From: Bispira polyomma
Lineage: Eukaryota
Length of the DNA: 64,000 nt
Assembly (NCBI GenBank): GCA_965649765.1
Contig: OZ287753.1
Coordinates: 70,184,001 to 70,248,000, forward strand
Direction of reading: 5' to 3'
The stretch's first letter is position 1. Each line of letters opens with the position of its first letter. This document shows positions 63,442 to 64,000 of this stretch, one piece after another. Below the pieces are notes generated by a model. The model did not search any database, was not told the origin of the DNA, and worked only from the letters and a program-made list of their open reading frames with translations. The position numbers and the translations under genes are program-made.

Positions 63442-64000
63442 GGCTAACACCTTTGGTAATTTCTTTTTTGAGATTAGGTCCACCTTACAGTCTTCATTAT
63501 CAACGGCAATCACTAGACCTCAGCTCATAAAACACACTTTCTTTATTTTTACAACAGTATCTGAGCAGGACTTGCTCAAAATTTTACAATCCTCCCCCTC
63601 TAAATCGTGTGACCTCGATCCCCTTTTCGTCCTCACTGGTCACTCCCATTACGAAAATTGTCAATTGCTCACTCAAAAAACCCAGCCTGGACAGAAACAT
63701 CCTAAAGAACTACAGACCGGTGTGGAATCTCAGTTTTATTTCAAAACTCACTGAGAAGGTTGTGACGAAACAGCTTAATGGATTTATCTACCAAGAAGGT
63801 ATTACAAATGTTAACCAATCTGCATACCGGAGCTTTCACTCCACAGAGACCGCTCTACTCAAGATTCAAAATGATATAGCTACTTCAGTGGACTCGGGAA
63901 AGGCAGTGGCCCTTACATTACTGGACCTCTCTGCAGCTTTTGACACCATTGATCACTCCATTTTATATGACTGTTTATCGGACTGGTTTGAAATTAATGG
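63442..64000 (+). mobile_element. L2/CR1-type LINE RT fragment running off the window
   Basis: PSKSCDLDP, KNYRPV, QSAYRSFHSTETALLKI, LLDLSAAFDTIDH. Confidence 0.85.

Overview
AT-rich, intron-rich animal (invertebrate, plausibly molluscan; inference only) genomic DNA dominated by mobile elements. Host content: the last seven exons of an SLC5 sodium:solute symporter gene (1.9-8.0 kb, +), a decayed intronless class A GPCR (11.5-12.3 kb, -), and the first exons of a secreted LDL-receptor class A repeat protein (59.4-62.0 kb, +). The centrepiece is a degenerate endogenous Maverick/Polinton-like virus (12637-27687). It has AGT-repeat termini, ~200-bp TIRs and a 6-bp TSD, and encodes a ZnF-fused packaging ATPase, a chromodomain integrase, minor and major capsid proteins and an adenain protease. 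I can see no pPolB, and it carries two tandem single-BIR (IAP-like) cargo genes. The first BIR gene is split by a tRNA-SINE and by a complete split-direct-repeat (Ngaro/PAT-like) tyrosine-recombinase retrotransposon (20065-26251). Precise excision of that retrotransposon restores the BIR C-x2-C codons. It also has a hairpin-rich 376-bp spacer and an in-frame gag-TAG-pol layout. Further right are L2/CR1 and L1/Tx1 LINE relics, a solo LTR, Harbinger-type MITEs, a MADF-bearing Harbinger fragment, and a very young intact Gmr1-like Gypsy element (47364-54330; SCAN-like gag, integrase before RT). All calls come from reading the sequence by eye; no searches were run.
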